From Licmophora abbreviata (Eukaryota): DNA of 39,423 bases. The stretch lies in NCBI GenBank assembly GCA_900291995.1, contig OLMU01001683.1, positions 1 to 39,423 on the forward strand. Direction: 5' to 3'. The notes under the pieces are model-generated. The model saw nothing but the letters and a program-made list of their open reading frames with translations, searched no databases and was not told the origin of the DNA. Of the stretch, positions 1 to 10,629 are shown in pieces (the stretch's first letter is position 1; each line of letters begins with the position of its first letter). The position numbers were made by a program, and so were the translations under genes.

Positions 1-252
1 TTCCTACATATGATTAAAGATGCGAAACTTTTCTTCTGTCTGCTGCACAAGCGCCGTTTACCCTCCTTTTCCTCGTGCCGTAGTCCACCCATAGGCATTA
101 CAAGCAGCCTCAGGCCGCACATCGCCGGCCCCGCGGTCAAGCTTCGCAACACATCATTCTGCCGCGCTCCAATACGGAAGAGCTCGCGCATCGCGAACAT
201 TTCCAGTTTGGATTTCTGAAGAAGATCCACACAATGATGTGCTCTGATCACC

Positions 253-2290
253 ATGCCGGCGGCAGCGACTTCTTCACAAGCATGGGCTATCCTGGCACGA
301 CACGCCCGCGATGAGATCGCTCCTCTTCGTCTTCAGGAGCTTTGTCGAGACAAAGATCGAGTTTCCTCGTTGGTGGCAGTTCACAATGCGACGGAGGATC
401 GGATCTTACTCGCCGACTTTTCGCGACACCGCATGACGTCTCCCGACACAATCAACCACCTGTTGCGGCTGTCCTTGGCTAGAGACATTCCTAAGTTTAT
501 CAAACGTCTCGCTTGGGGACAGAACAATCCATATGATCCCATCGTTCCTCTGCGATTACGACAGAAAAGTGGGAAACACGGCGAAAAGTCGACTAGGTTC
601 GACGATCTGGCAAAGAAACCCCCTCCTGAAGCCATGATGCCCACCATGCACCTCGCTCTCAGAGCACCGCAGAATGACAAGCTAGAAATGCTAACTTCGG
701 ATGGAATCAATGCGCTGGATGCTATTCACATGGAATGGGACCGAATTCGACGTCTCTCCGAGTCGGTGCGGGAAGGACGCTTGAAAGGCGCGACTGGAAG
801 TACCATGAAGGATATCGTTGTCGTTGGGCAAGGGGTTCCGGTCATGGCGCTGCGTTTTGCTTATGAGGCATTACTGAGAGACGCAGCAGGACTAGCAGGA
901 GCTACGAAAGGTTTTCAACAAGATTCAGCACGACGTAAACAGCCTCCCACGGTTCATCGACGGATTCGGTTCGTCACGTCCGTAGATCCACTATCGATTA
1001 TCTCGGCTGTCACAGACCTTGACCCTGCGTCATCCATTGTAATAAGTATTGCACTAAAAGGGAATGAGGAAACGGGGGCCGCGACACGGACTCTACGAGG
1101 GTGGTTGCTTCAGGTCATTGGGAAAAATCGTCGTCCGGACACTGTTCTAAGCAAGCATATGCTGCTTGTCACTGGCCACGAACGGATAGCAGCAGCACAC
1201 AGGCCTGAATCAATTTTCCTTATCCCCCATCATTCTCGATGTGAGCCATTTATCACATTCACTGCCGCAACATTACTGGTAAGCCGAAGGGTGTGCTCAA
1301 GGTTCCCGATTGCTCGTAGCGGTGCTTTCTCACTCATCCGCATCATTTCTGTAGCCTCTATCGATCGTGTTCGGATGGCCAATAGCGCAAGACTTCTTGG
1401 CAGGGGCTCATGATATGGACTGCCACTTTGTCGAAACAAGTCCAAGACACAATTTACCAGTGCTTTTGGCACTTGTTGACGTCTGGAACGAGGCATTCAT
1501 GGAATCGCCGGGTCGCGTTGTTACACCTTTCACCGAGGCCTTTGGTGCCTTTCCGGCGTTTGTCGCTGCCTTGGAATCACAGACGTGCGGGAAAATGGCC
1601 AACACAGATACTCACCTAAGTTCAGCATGCTGCTCGGCTATGGTAGTGGATGGTGGGTTGCATGGAGTCTATGATCGCGCTCTGTATCACGGGGGACGGA
1701 CGGTGCCTTCTGAGCTCGTGACTTGCATGGACGCACAAGTGGCGTCAAACGTTCGTCCCGCCTCTGGACTGGGTGGCGCGTCTGATCTGGTTACTAGCCA
1801 AGACCTCTCATTTTGTGCGCTCTTTGCGCACGCCGATGAGCTTGCTTTTGGGTCAGAAGAATCAGGGGATGATTTTTCGAGACGTCCATTGTCTCCCACC
1901 TCCTTTGCTGGAAGCGAAAGAGGCTTTTCGATCACGGGGAATGGTATCGCGAACAGCGACACATCGAACGGCACGCGGCCGAGTACATTACTCATTTGTG
2001 GGAAGTGCGACGCGTTTGCCTGCGGCCAGCTCATCGCGTTGTCTGAACATCGCGCCACCATCAAGGCGAAACTATGGGACCTTGATCCCTTTGCACAGGA
2101 TGTGGGCACATCTATTCGACTCAATCGAACCGAAGAGCTGAAAGAGGAACTTGACAAGCTGTACTCAAGGATGGCATCGCCCGGTACTGAAGACGACGAC
2201 GATTCGATTGAGAATGAGAGCGAACTGAACTTTTCCACGGCTACAATTTTGGGCCACTACGCAAATATGATGCGTAACCAAAGAATGTAA
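253..2290 (+). CDS. Glucose-6-phosphate isomerase-like protein, probably catalytically inactive; 2 exons, intron 1279-1354
   Basis: A GTAAGC...TGTAG phase-0 intron joins ORFs 253-1413 and 1367-2290 as ...TAATLL|PLSIVFGW.... PGI-like segments include DFSR, MHLALRAP, GATG..MKDIVVVG, FLAGAHDMDCHF...NLPVLLAL, RPSTLL and GQLIALSEHR. Catalytic motifs are degenerate. Confidence 0.85.
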
Positions 2291-2304
2291 TAAAAATAGG
2301 AAAG

Positions 2305-4580
2305 CTATACTCTCACTGCTTTTCGATCGTGGTCATTTGTCGTCCCAAGCATCTGCCACGTTGGGTCAAAGTATCCTTCTACTCCAATGCGAAAGTCAAA
2401 GCTCACTCGCGTAAAAGGAGAGCTATTCGCGTTGACGTAGTGTCGACACGATGACCCATGAAAAGCAATCAACTCACCCCGATCCGCTTGCAGAGGCTGA
2501 TAGTCGCCTTTCATACAAGCCGACTCACACAACAAGTCAACTCCTGTCAAGTTTCGATCCGTTAGCGGAAGCCAGAAGTTAAGTTCGCCATTTTGGTGCC
2601 CATACTCAGCATCGTTATGCGCCTTGACCGAAGAGCGAGCGGGGCCTGGTTGCAGCCGTATCGTGGGAGGCCGTTGATAGTAATATTCCGTATCCTCCAC
2701 ATTGGACGGGATATAACCAGCTGCCATCAGCCGCCCTCTCAGATGAGGAAGGACGACTTCTGTCACAAAATCGTCGAACAACGTCATGAAGTGAACGTTG
2801 GAAGCAACTGCCTCCGAAAGATATGCTTGTGCGCTCTCACACTGACCCTCTTGATTCTTGCGTTTCAGTGATTCTGTCGGAACGCAGAGATCCTCCAATC
2901 GTCGGTCGAACTTCTCTGGGAACGCGCCAACGATGTTTGGGTCACACTTCTCCAATAGCGATATCGTAGCGCTGATAAAGTCATACTTTGCTCGATCATA
3001 TTGGATAATCGTCGACTGACAGACTTCCGAAGGAAGACAGGGCGTATTCGTTTCGTTTCCTTGTCGATTCCTGGGTTTCGGATCAAACTTTCGATGCTTC
3101 ATGGATACTTTACTCTATGAGCAGCTGCCCGAAGTGTCGCAATGCCCGTCCTGTAGCGAACTGCCGCGTCGCCCAGCGGTTGCACCGTGCCGATTGAAGT
3201 TGCAATTTGTGACTTGGGCACTCGGTTTCGTGATCCAGCAATGCGCAGTACACCTTTGTGATTGTTCGGCATACAGTACATAACCCCATTCGCTGCCAGA
3301 ACTCCACCTTCCCACTTTGCTAGGCCTGCATATGGCGCAGGAAGTCTCCATGTTGTAATCACGGGGTCATCAGAACTCGTGTCAATTTTTAGCACCGTTT
3401 CCGCACTGAGAGGGATCGCGTATGTACATTGATCATGGACACTCGTCAATCCGTTCTGCCATTTGTTCTGCATCAACCGTTCCATGTTTTGTTCAGAGAT
3501 ATTAGGTCCGACGGCCTTCACGGAAGCTCTTGGTGTCGTATCGACTTGCAACACTCGCTCCGCGCCGCTGGGAAAGCAGTATACCTTGCCATCTGTTCCC
3601 GTGGTGGCGCCTAGATACTTGTACTTTCCATCGCTCCGATGATGCCCCGTTTGAATGTCGGGTGACTCGATTTCAAATATGCTTGGTGTTGGGCTATCTG
3701 GAATGACACATAGAACTGTATCGGCATTGGCTGGAACAGCAACAATAGTGCCATTGGGCGCCACTTCGGCACCGTGCCACTTGTGCCCTCCCTCGCCAAA
3801 GTCTCCGTGCAGCGACACGATACTTTCCGCATAGCCGGACACTGCTGGATGAATCCGAATGATAGAAGGCGAGTTGTGCGGAATTCCATAAATTGCACCG
3901 TCCTGCTTTCCCACAACACCCCCGTACCACTTGTACCGGCCTCGAAGTGGAGTACTATCGACAAACGTACATTCATCAGTGTCTGGATTGATTCTCAGTA
4001 CGTGCCAGGCACTCTGAGGTATCGCATAGATGCAACCATCAATTGGAGATATCGTGCCACCATGATACTTCCAGGTCATGCCTTGTTGTTCGTTTGCTTC
4101 TGGCTGGTGGTTCAGATAGAAGTCGTGATAGGGTATCGGGAGAAGTGAGATCTGTTGCGTCGGCACATGAATACGTAAGACCGTATCCGCATGACAGGGT
4201 ATTCCATAAATAACGTCATCGCATCGAACGCCCCGCAGCCACTTGAACTTGCCAGGCAGCTCTGGGCCAATGGGATACACCTCATCGGTATCCGGGTCAA
4301 TCACAAGGACTCGAGGTGCGTGGCCCGGAATGCAGTAAATCCTTCTGTCGCTGCCGATTTCGCCTCCCAGATATAAAGATTGTCCCGAGAGAGGTGTCTC
4401 TTTCGACCACAGAAACGACAAGGAAGGTCCGTCGGACCATTCCGCATCAGTACCGCCGTTCGTCTCCGTCATGGTGTGTGCCGCCGCGTTTCGGCGTTTA
4501 GATTTTTCTTTTGGCTCGCCGCGTTCCGCGTCCCCACCGCGCGCCTTTTCGTCTCTTGTCGCGCGGTATATCGATGTCAT
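2305..4580 (-). CDS. Eight-repeat beta-propeller-like protein with a C-terminal 2OG-Fe(II) oxygenase-like domain; one frameshift at ~3103
   Basis: ORF 3099-4601 has 8 copies of K[WY]xGG...DGxIYxIP..A..VLxIDP. ORF 2305-3102 has HND (HxD), GELNFWLPLT, a distal H and RVSFDFR. Restoring one base at AAG TAT (x)CC ATG fuses them. Start is uncertain (ATG 4580 or 4472). Confidence 0.7.
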
Positions 4581-4893
4581 CCGCCTGTCCGTCAGCCCCA
4601 AACAGGTAGAAGTATCATAGAAACAAGAACAGCAACAACAGGAAGCAGCCAGTCACCACTCCGAGCTGGACGAGATCTCAGATCTCGCCTCCTTTACGCC
4701 TGCGATAGATTACATTGGCGGAAGGATCTTCGTTGGCCAGATCAATCCGGTGGTGGGCCCTTGTCAGATTGGGCTCGACGGGGCTTGCAACTCCTAGAGT
4801 GAGTGAAGTGTATCTAAATTAGCGTCTTAACATATGCTATACTTAGCGTAGCATGGAGAGTCCACGATAGCCACCCTGGAGGTAACGGCATCG

Positions 4894-5895
4894 CTATGTC
4901 TTCTCTAAGAACTTGGCCCATTGATCAATGACTTCATTGTCGCCATACCATAACTTACCGGCTTTGTGCTCTTTGGCCAAGTCTGGCGCAAGCAAGTCGC
5001 CCCAAACACCGGCATCCGACCATGGAAAGTGAGTGACATTCTCTAGAACCAACGTTTCCACTTCATCGCCCTCCATTGCCAAGGAACTGAACGTGGGAGT
5101 GAGTCCGTCACCATCCATGTCTGACCCATCACTTGTCGGGTCACAGAAAGCATAGGCGCCCTTAGTGAGATCTCCTGAAGCGTTTCCGGGGGATCCGACG
5201 GCGCCCACCGCTAATCCGCGTATCGGGAGAGGCTCCCGGTTACACCACTCAACGCCACGAAATGCAGGACCTGGGGCATCCGCATGAGGCGTACCCAGCG
5301 TCACGAGCGAGTGCACAAACTGAGATCCACTGTACGCCTTCCCTCCGTAGTTTCTGTGAGAGAGATACACGCGGGAAATCCAGCCTCCAGCCGAGTGACC
5401 GATCAATGCTATTCGAACCCTGGGGTCTTGCTCTGGAGCAAGAAATCGTTCCCCGGGGTCCACGACGGGGTAGTTATCCACTTCAGCACTGCCTCCTACT
5501 TCAGAGATGCCACCTGGATTGTCCATGAAGTCAGCAATGCAATCGATCAAACTGTACTGTATTCGAGGTACAGCAATATCGCCGGTCGCATCTCCATCCT
5601 GATCCAGACTGGCGCACACGTGTCGAACCGTGTGATCGATTCGTTCCAGAATCGGCCGCATTCCACGTCCACCAATACAAGGAAGCCAGTGCCACACGGG
5701 CATGGGTACAACTACCGATGGAATGCCACGTTCCGAAAGGCTCGTCGCCAGCTGACGAAAATCATTCTCGCCCGTCAGAAACCCAGGAACAATGACTGCC
5801 GCTTTAACCTTGGGCAAAGATGGAACCTGAAGAGTTTCAACCGAGGCAGCTAAGGTCAGCAAAATAAGGGTCAAGAATAATGGCATGGTAGCCAT
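4894..5895 (-). CDS. Alpha/beta-hydrolase (PGAP1-like/esterase-lipase fold) with N-terminal signal peptide
   Basis: IVPGFL oxyanion region, LIGHSAGG nucleophile elbow, LVTLGTPH, DGDGLTP and a C-terminal His (VTHF). Hydrophobic leader MPLFLTLILLTLAAS; ATG at 5895 or 5886. Confidence 0.85.
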   Translation of the reverse strand: MATMPLFLTLILLTLAASVETLQVPSLPKVKAAVIVPGFLTGENDFRQLATSLSERGIPSVVVPMPVWHWLPCIGGRGMRPILERIDHTVRHVCASLDQDGDATGDIAVPRIQYSLIDCIADFMDNPGGISEVGGSAEVDNYPVVDPGERFLAPEQDPRVRIALIGHSAGGWISRVYLSHRNYGGKAYSGSQFVHSLVTLGTPHADAPGPAFRGVEWCNREPLPIRGLAVGAVGSPGNASGDLTKGAYAFCDPTSDGSDMDGDGLTPTFSSLAMEGDEVETLVLENVTHFPWSDAGVWGDLLAPDLAKEHKAGKLWYGDNEVIDQWAKFLEKT

Positions 5896-6304
5896 CGTGG
5901 TCGCATCTTGTGACGACACAACGTTCTTAGTGTCATGAGCGGACGACGAGTTCCTCACAAGCAGCAGCTGCGGCGAGATGAAACAAAAGAAAAGATTGCA
6001 TGAGATGCTTCAATGTGACGGACTGTCTGACAGACCAAATTGAGATTGGATCTAAGTTCTAAACCGACCTGAAGACATTATTTCGAATATTGACTTCATA
6101 CGTAGTCGAAGCAATTGAGTATACTCCAGGTGCGCGATCCTGCATCTCTCTGATATTTCGAGCGCAACTTCACTTTTCGAGAGCGGCACAGATCCTCATC
6201 GCACCGTTGTTCCATTCTGGAATTACTGTAGCTTCATTGCATCATCCTTTCACGTTTTTGAAGCTTACGGACAATCGATGTTGATTAAGCGAGGGACCAC
6301 AGAG

Positions 6305-7714
6305 ATGTCTCGGGAAGGATACGAACCAATACCAGATCCGATTTTAGACAAGAGTGTACACTCTTCGTCGCCTTCGAAACATGGAGAGTCTCCCCAAGAA
6401 CGCTATCCAGAGGCCAACGAGGAAGAAGCAGAACTTCTCGGTTTACTGGACGAGACAATGGAGGATCCAACCATGCGAATCGATTTACCCGATCTGACTG
6501 TGGATGAAGTTGGAATAACTTCGGGTTTAGGCGCGTTCATATGTTCCTTGGCGTTACCGACACTTGTTCTGCTGCTAACGTCATGCATGGCAATTTGGAC
6601 AACGACTGATGCCATTCCCAACTCTTTGACTGTCGCAGTACCTTATTTTCCATATCTTGCAGCTGTGCTGGGATTTTTTGGGAGTTTGGTCCCTACCCGA
6701 CATCGGTATCGAACACAAGCCGAAGAGGTCGCTTCTCTATTGGAGAACACGCCGTCTGTCGCAATTGATACAGTCCGGAATGTCGTATTATCTGTCGCAT
6801 CAAAAGTAGACATGGTTCAAATGAGATTGAATCTGGTCGTTGATCGAATGCGACCCAAGTTTAAAGCTGCGAACGGTGCGGCGAAGGGCTTGAAAGCGAT
6901 GGATCCCAACATTATTATTCCCGACCCACGCGATGTCGAGACTGAGTTGGAAAATGCCAAAGAAGAGATCGACGAAAGTATCAAGATTGCCGAAAAGGCT
7001 CTTACTGTGCGATCGTGGATCCCTGAGTACCTACGTTTCGCCCCACAGTTTGCACGCCGCAATTCTGGGAAAACACTCTTCTTCTTCGTCGTCTTTCAGC
7101 TTCTCTGTGCGTACGTGCTCACTTTGTTGTATCCCATGATAACCGTGTCGGCCGAGGAGAGCGAGGTTGTTCAAGGGCTATGGCGTCGCATCCGACTGTT
7201 GTTTACATTCAAACACGTCGAGGGGGAAGCCGACGCGCTTTTGGAGGACCTGCATATGATGCTTGAAGCTGCCTGGCCGGTGCCGCTCGTATACGGCACT
7301 GCTGTGTATGCCCTGGTGCTTGTGCAGATGGTCTTAGTTTATTGCTGGACAGGCGCCTCTGCAACAGCCAAGATTGTCAATGGCGCGCGCAGAACTGTTG
7401 GCGAGCAGACAGAGCACGTACTTCGCCAACAGGGGATCATCTTTCTTGGCCAGGACATTCTCGAGATCCGCATGGGGCGTGTCAAGAGCAAGCTGCTCAC
7501 GATGATTCAGCAGCTCTACAAGATCGAAATGCTCATGAGCCTGACAAGCACTAGCCCGTCATCTCCTAGTAAGCGATCGTCGCCCAAGGTGTCGTCTCCT
7601 ACCTCACCGAGTTCGGGAAAGAGGAGAGCTCCTTGGTTCAAGTCCGTCCCCGTCCCCGTAGTATGCTTGCAACACACACACACTATATCATCCGGGTGGA
7701 ATGTACTGAAGTGA
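6305..7714 (+). CDS. Uncharacterised multi-pass membrane protein with a coiled-coil region and Ser/Pro-rich tail
   Basis: ORF of about 470 aa from ATG 6305, with about 4 hydrophobic segments. No family motif recognised; the C-terminus is uncertain. Confidence 0.65.
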   Translation: MSREGYEPIPDPILDKSVHSSSPSKHGESPQERYPEANEEEAELLGLLDETMEDPTMRIDLPDLTVDEVGITSGLGAFICSLALPTLVLLLTSCMAIWTTTDAIPNSLTVAVPYFPYLAAVLGFFGSLVPTRHRYRTQAEEVASLLENTPSVAIDTVRNVVLSVASKVDMVQMRLNLVVDRMRPKFKAANGAAKGLKAMDPNIIIPDPRDVETELENAKEEIDESIKIAEKALTVRSWIPEYLRFAPQFARRNSGKTLFFFVVFQLLCAYVLTLLYPMITVSAEESEVVQGLWRRIRLLFTFKHVEGEADALLEDLHMMLEAAWPVPLVYGTAVYALVLVQMVLVYCWTGASATAKIVNGARRTVGEQTEHVLRQQGIIFLGQDILEIRMGRVKSKLLTMIQQLYKIEMLMSLTSTSPSSPSKRSSPKVSSPTSPSSGKRRAPWFKSVPVPVVCLQHTHTISSGWNVLK

Positions 7715-8240
7715 ACAAGGCTACTAAATGCCGCGGAGTTAAAGTATTGGAGGTCGACTGGAACTAATGCTGTTCAACGTCTAGCTATTCGTATGCAGTC
7801 TGCGAGTACATAGTAAAAGCGGAGTAGGTCGGTCTAGTAGTTTCTCAACTGTTCAAAAAGGCCGATTCGTGAGATGCCTCCCAGGAGGCGTAAATCTTTG
7901 GTGCAACCTTCGTCGTACAGAAACTCAGTACTGTTCCGCCTGAGGGCCTTCCAACAAAAAGCAGGAAGGAATCTCACTTGTTTCCAGAAACTTCGGGAGG
8001 CCATGACGTCATGCTTTCTCACTCTATCAAAATGACTGAAAGGAAGACATCAGACGCGAACAGCTGCGCGGATTGTCGATCATGGACGCGAACTTGCGCT
8101 CACAAATTCAAGAACCTCTGACGCGATAGGCTCTATTTGAAGTTCATTGTGGTTGAAGTGTCAAGACATCTGTACGTTGTCACTTACGCCATTGCTGCTT
8201 GAACGGCATACGTTTGCAAAAGGATCTGTGAAGAGGGAAT

Positions 8241-9104
8241 ATGACTGTCTCGATACAAGTACGGTGGATCCTGGCCATTGTGCCGTCTCTCCTAGTCTCA
8301 CAAGAAGCATCAAGCTTTGCCTTCTTTGTTGGACATCCTAACAGAATACGCGGCTTGACTAAACCAAGTCGAGCTGGTGGTGTTCAGATATGCGCAGGTA
8401 GTAACGATCACACGCATGGCTTCACCGGCCCCCGTGACTTCCCCAACTCGTCCTTGACAGCTGGAAGTGCTCGATACCGCTCGGAACATACTTCCGCGCC
8501 CGCAAGCAAGACCCAACTCTCCGCCATGGTTGGAGTCGCTGCTATACCAAGAACACCGTTTCGTATCTTTTGTGACATGGACGGCGTCCTCTGTGACTTC
8601 TCCAAGGGTATACAACGAGTCTCGGGTAGAAAACCTGAGGAGTTCGGTCACAACTCTGCCATGTGGCGAGCAATCAACGAGGTTCATGACTTCTTTGAGA
8701 CTCTCGACTGGACGCCGGACGGTCGCCGACTTTGGCAGGCGATTCGACATACCGAACCTGATATCCTGACGGGTGTCCCTCCTTGTGGGCATGCGCGGAC
8801 AGGAAAGGCCAGATGGTGCGAGCGCGAACTTGGAGTGGACTACATCAACCACGTTGACAAAGCTGGTCCCATAGACTGCCACATGGTGGTGAATGGAAGA
8901 CAACGTATCGAAGGAGCTACGAATGTCATAACTTGCTGGAGTCGCAACAAGTACCATGAGAGCGGCGACAAGGCTGTTCTCATCGACGATCGGGTAGACA
9001 TCGGAAGAGCCTGGGAGGCAGCCGGAGGTATCTTTGTGCATCACACCGATACCGAACGAACGCTAAAGCAGCTTCGAGCTCACGGAATACTGAGTGAGGA
9101 CTGA
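8241..9104 (+). CDS. HAD-superfamily 5'(3')-nucleotidase-like protein with a bipartite plastid-type leader
   Basis: Motif I FCDMDGVLCDF, motif II ILTG, K..W, and motif IV LIDDR..G.AWEAAGG. Signal peptide ends ASS|FAF and is followed by a transit-like region. Confidence 0.85.
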   Translation: MTVSIQVRWILAIVPSLLVSQEASSFAFFVGHPNRIRGLTKPSRAGGVQICAGSNDHTHGFTGPRDFPNSSLTAGSARYRSEHTSAPASKTQLSAMVGVAAIPRTPFRIFCDMDGVLCDFSKGIQRVSGRKPEEFGHNSAMWRAINEVHDFFETLDWTPDGRRLWQAIRHTEPDILTGVPPCGHARTGKARWCERELGVDYINHVDKAGPIDCHMVVNGRQRIEGATNVITCWSRNKYHESGDKAVLIDDRVDIGRAWEAAGGIFVHHTDTERTLKQLRAHGILSED

Positions 9105-9506
9105 TGACATCGTCGATTCCTTGCTTCTGTATGACCCCAATGAACTTAACTCACACACCCAGGTGGTTCGAACCATCAATTTTGAAAACCTCGCAAGCTA
9201 TCGTCGTTGTTGAACTGTCGAGCCGAGCGTAGCGAGTCTGAGCTGAACTTAGACGTTGTTGGACCACCCTTTCAAACATGTACTATATCAAAAATAAATT
9301 CAGTCAATGCCGATGATTATTCTCAAAGTCGTGAGTTTTCGAAGCGTTCTAGGTCGCAGGCTATCCTCGCGCTCACGGGTAGGAGCGCGATCATCAGAGT
9401 GTCTATTTGATTGGCCGGTCGTGTCTTGAGACAGGTCACATTGGTCGACCACTCAGCCATACGCTATCTATTTCTTATCAACAAGATCGAAATGTAACGA
9501 GACGAT

Positions 9507-10133
9507 TTATCGTTTGCGTTTTTCTCCGCTGTGGGAACTTCTTTTCTTTGTCTTCTTGTTCAGTCCGCCGATTGGCTCGATTCGTGGATCAACCATATCG
9601 CCCCTGCCTTTGACAAAGTCCTCGTATCGCCGTAGCAATTCCTCGTCGGAGATGTGTTGCTTTGCAGCCCTGTCGCCCGATCTTTTCTGCTCCCATGTAC
9701 TCAACGCAGAATTCCAATTCTGCTCCGCCGACTCGTTGAACCCCGCGAATGAGCGCCTTCCGATTAGATCCGCCTTCAAGCCATACATGTCGGAAGCAGT
9801 GGCGGTAGCGATTTGCGCTGGCAGGCTAGTTGTATGTATATCATCACTGCGATAGTTGTCGTTCATGGAACAATCCTTCCCGGTCGTCTCACTCTCGTTC
9901 GTCAATTCCATCCTGTCGTGCTGCGACTTTTCCGCGAGTTCCTTGTCCTTGGTGGCCTTTCCAGCGCCTTTTCGTTGCATGAACCGCATACCCATCGTTG
10001 CTCCGGAGAGCTTCTTTTTTGACCCACGATCAGCTTCTGATACGTGGCCATTCTCGGATTGCGGTTCTGGACTAGACCGACTCGTCTTATCTGTTGAACC
10101 ATCTTGTGGCTTGGCCGTGCCAGGTTTCCACAT
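9507..10133 (-). CDS. MPP6: M-phase phosphoprotein 6-like nuclear exosome cofactor
   Basis: LSGATMGMRFMQR and GRRSFAGFN motifs, then ISDEEL and a basic tail; ATG at 10133. Confidence 0.75.
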   Translation of the reverse strand: MWKPGTAKPQDGSTDKTSRSSPEPQSENGHVSEADRGSKKKLSGATMGMRFMQRKGAGKATKDKELAEKSQHDRMELTNESETTGKDCSMNDNYRSDDIHTTSLPAQIATATASDMYGLKADLIGRRSFAGFNESAEQNWNSALSTWEQKRSGDRAAKQHISDEELLRRYEDFVKGRGDMVDPRIEPIGGLNKKTKKRSSHSGEKRKR

Positions 10134-10629
10134 TGCTTCTGGCGATGGGGGGGACAAGCACTTTTCAATTCTCACACGGCAGATGCTTCTCGTCACGATC
10201 ACGTAAAAGTTCTTGTGAGACTCTGAAGTGCTTCAGTCGTCAAGATCGGCGTTTGGTAAGAAGCTGCCAGTATGTGAGGAACAGACAGCGCCGAGGAATT
10301 GTCGGTGTCATGGTCGGTGTGCCGGAGCCGCGAATTATTCGCTTGAATTTTTTAGAGAGATGCTGTTTGATGGCGCCGCGCACAGGCCGCGAGCGGCGTC
10401 GGGTGGGGTGTGTGGCGACGACCAAAACATTGAGGTCGTCCAGATAGCTCGCCAAGTGTTGTGCCAAATGATGATAACTACGAGTATCCGGATCGAAAAC
10501 ACGGCCACAATGATAGCATCAATCTCAGAAGCGGAAGGTAGCAGTTGGCACTTGTTTAAACTGTGAAGCATTACTTTCTGTGACAGGCGGCAGATCGAGC
10601 TATACTACGCAATCATACACCATTGTATG

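Noticed and set aside
8310..9044. Long antisense ORFs (also 1687-2238, 5284-5853, 27158-27781, 37083-37784)
   Set aside because: Shadow ORFs opposite well-supported genes, with no motifs.
9160..9200. GGTTCGAACC (T-loop-like) followed by AATTTTG (Sm-site-like)
   Set aside because: I could not build a cloverleaf or find snRNA conserved boxes.
9367..9390. Hairpin TCGCGCTC-N8-GAGCGCGA near TGATGA-like boxes
   Set aside because: A single 8-bp stem; no convincing C/D box pair or U3 signature.
10228..10571. Short overlapping ORFs between MPP6 and WDR12
   Set aside because: No recognisable motif; probably UTR or promoter sequence.
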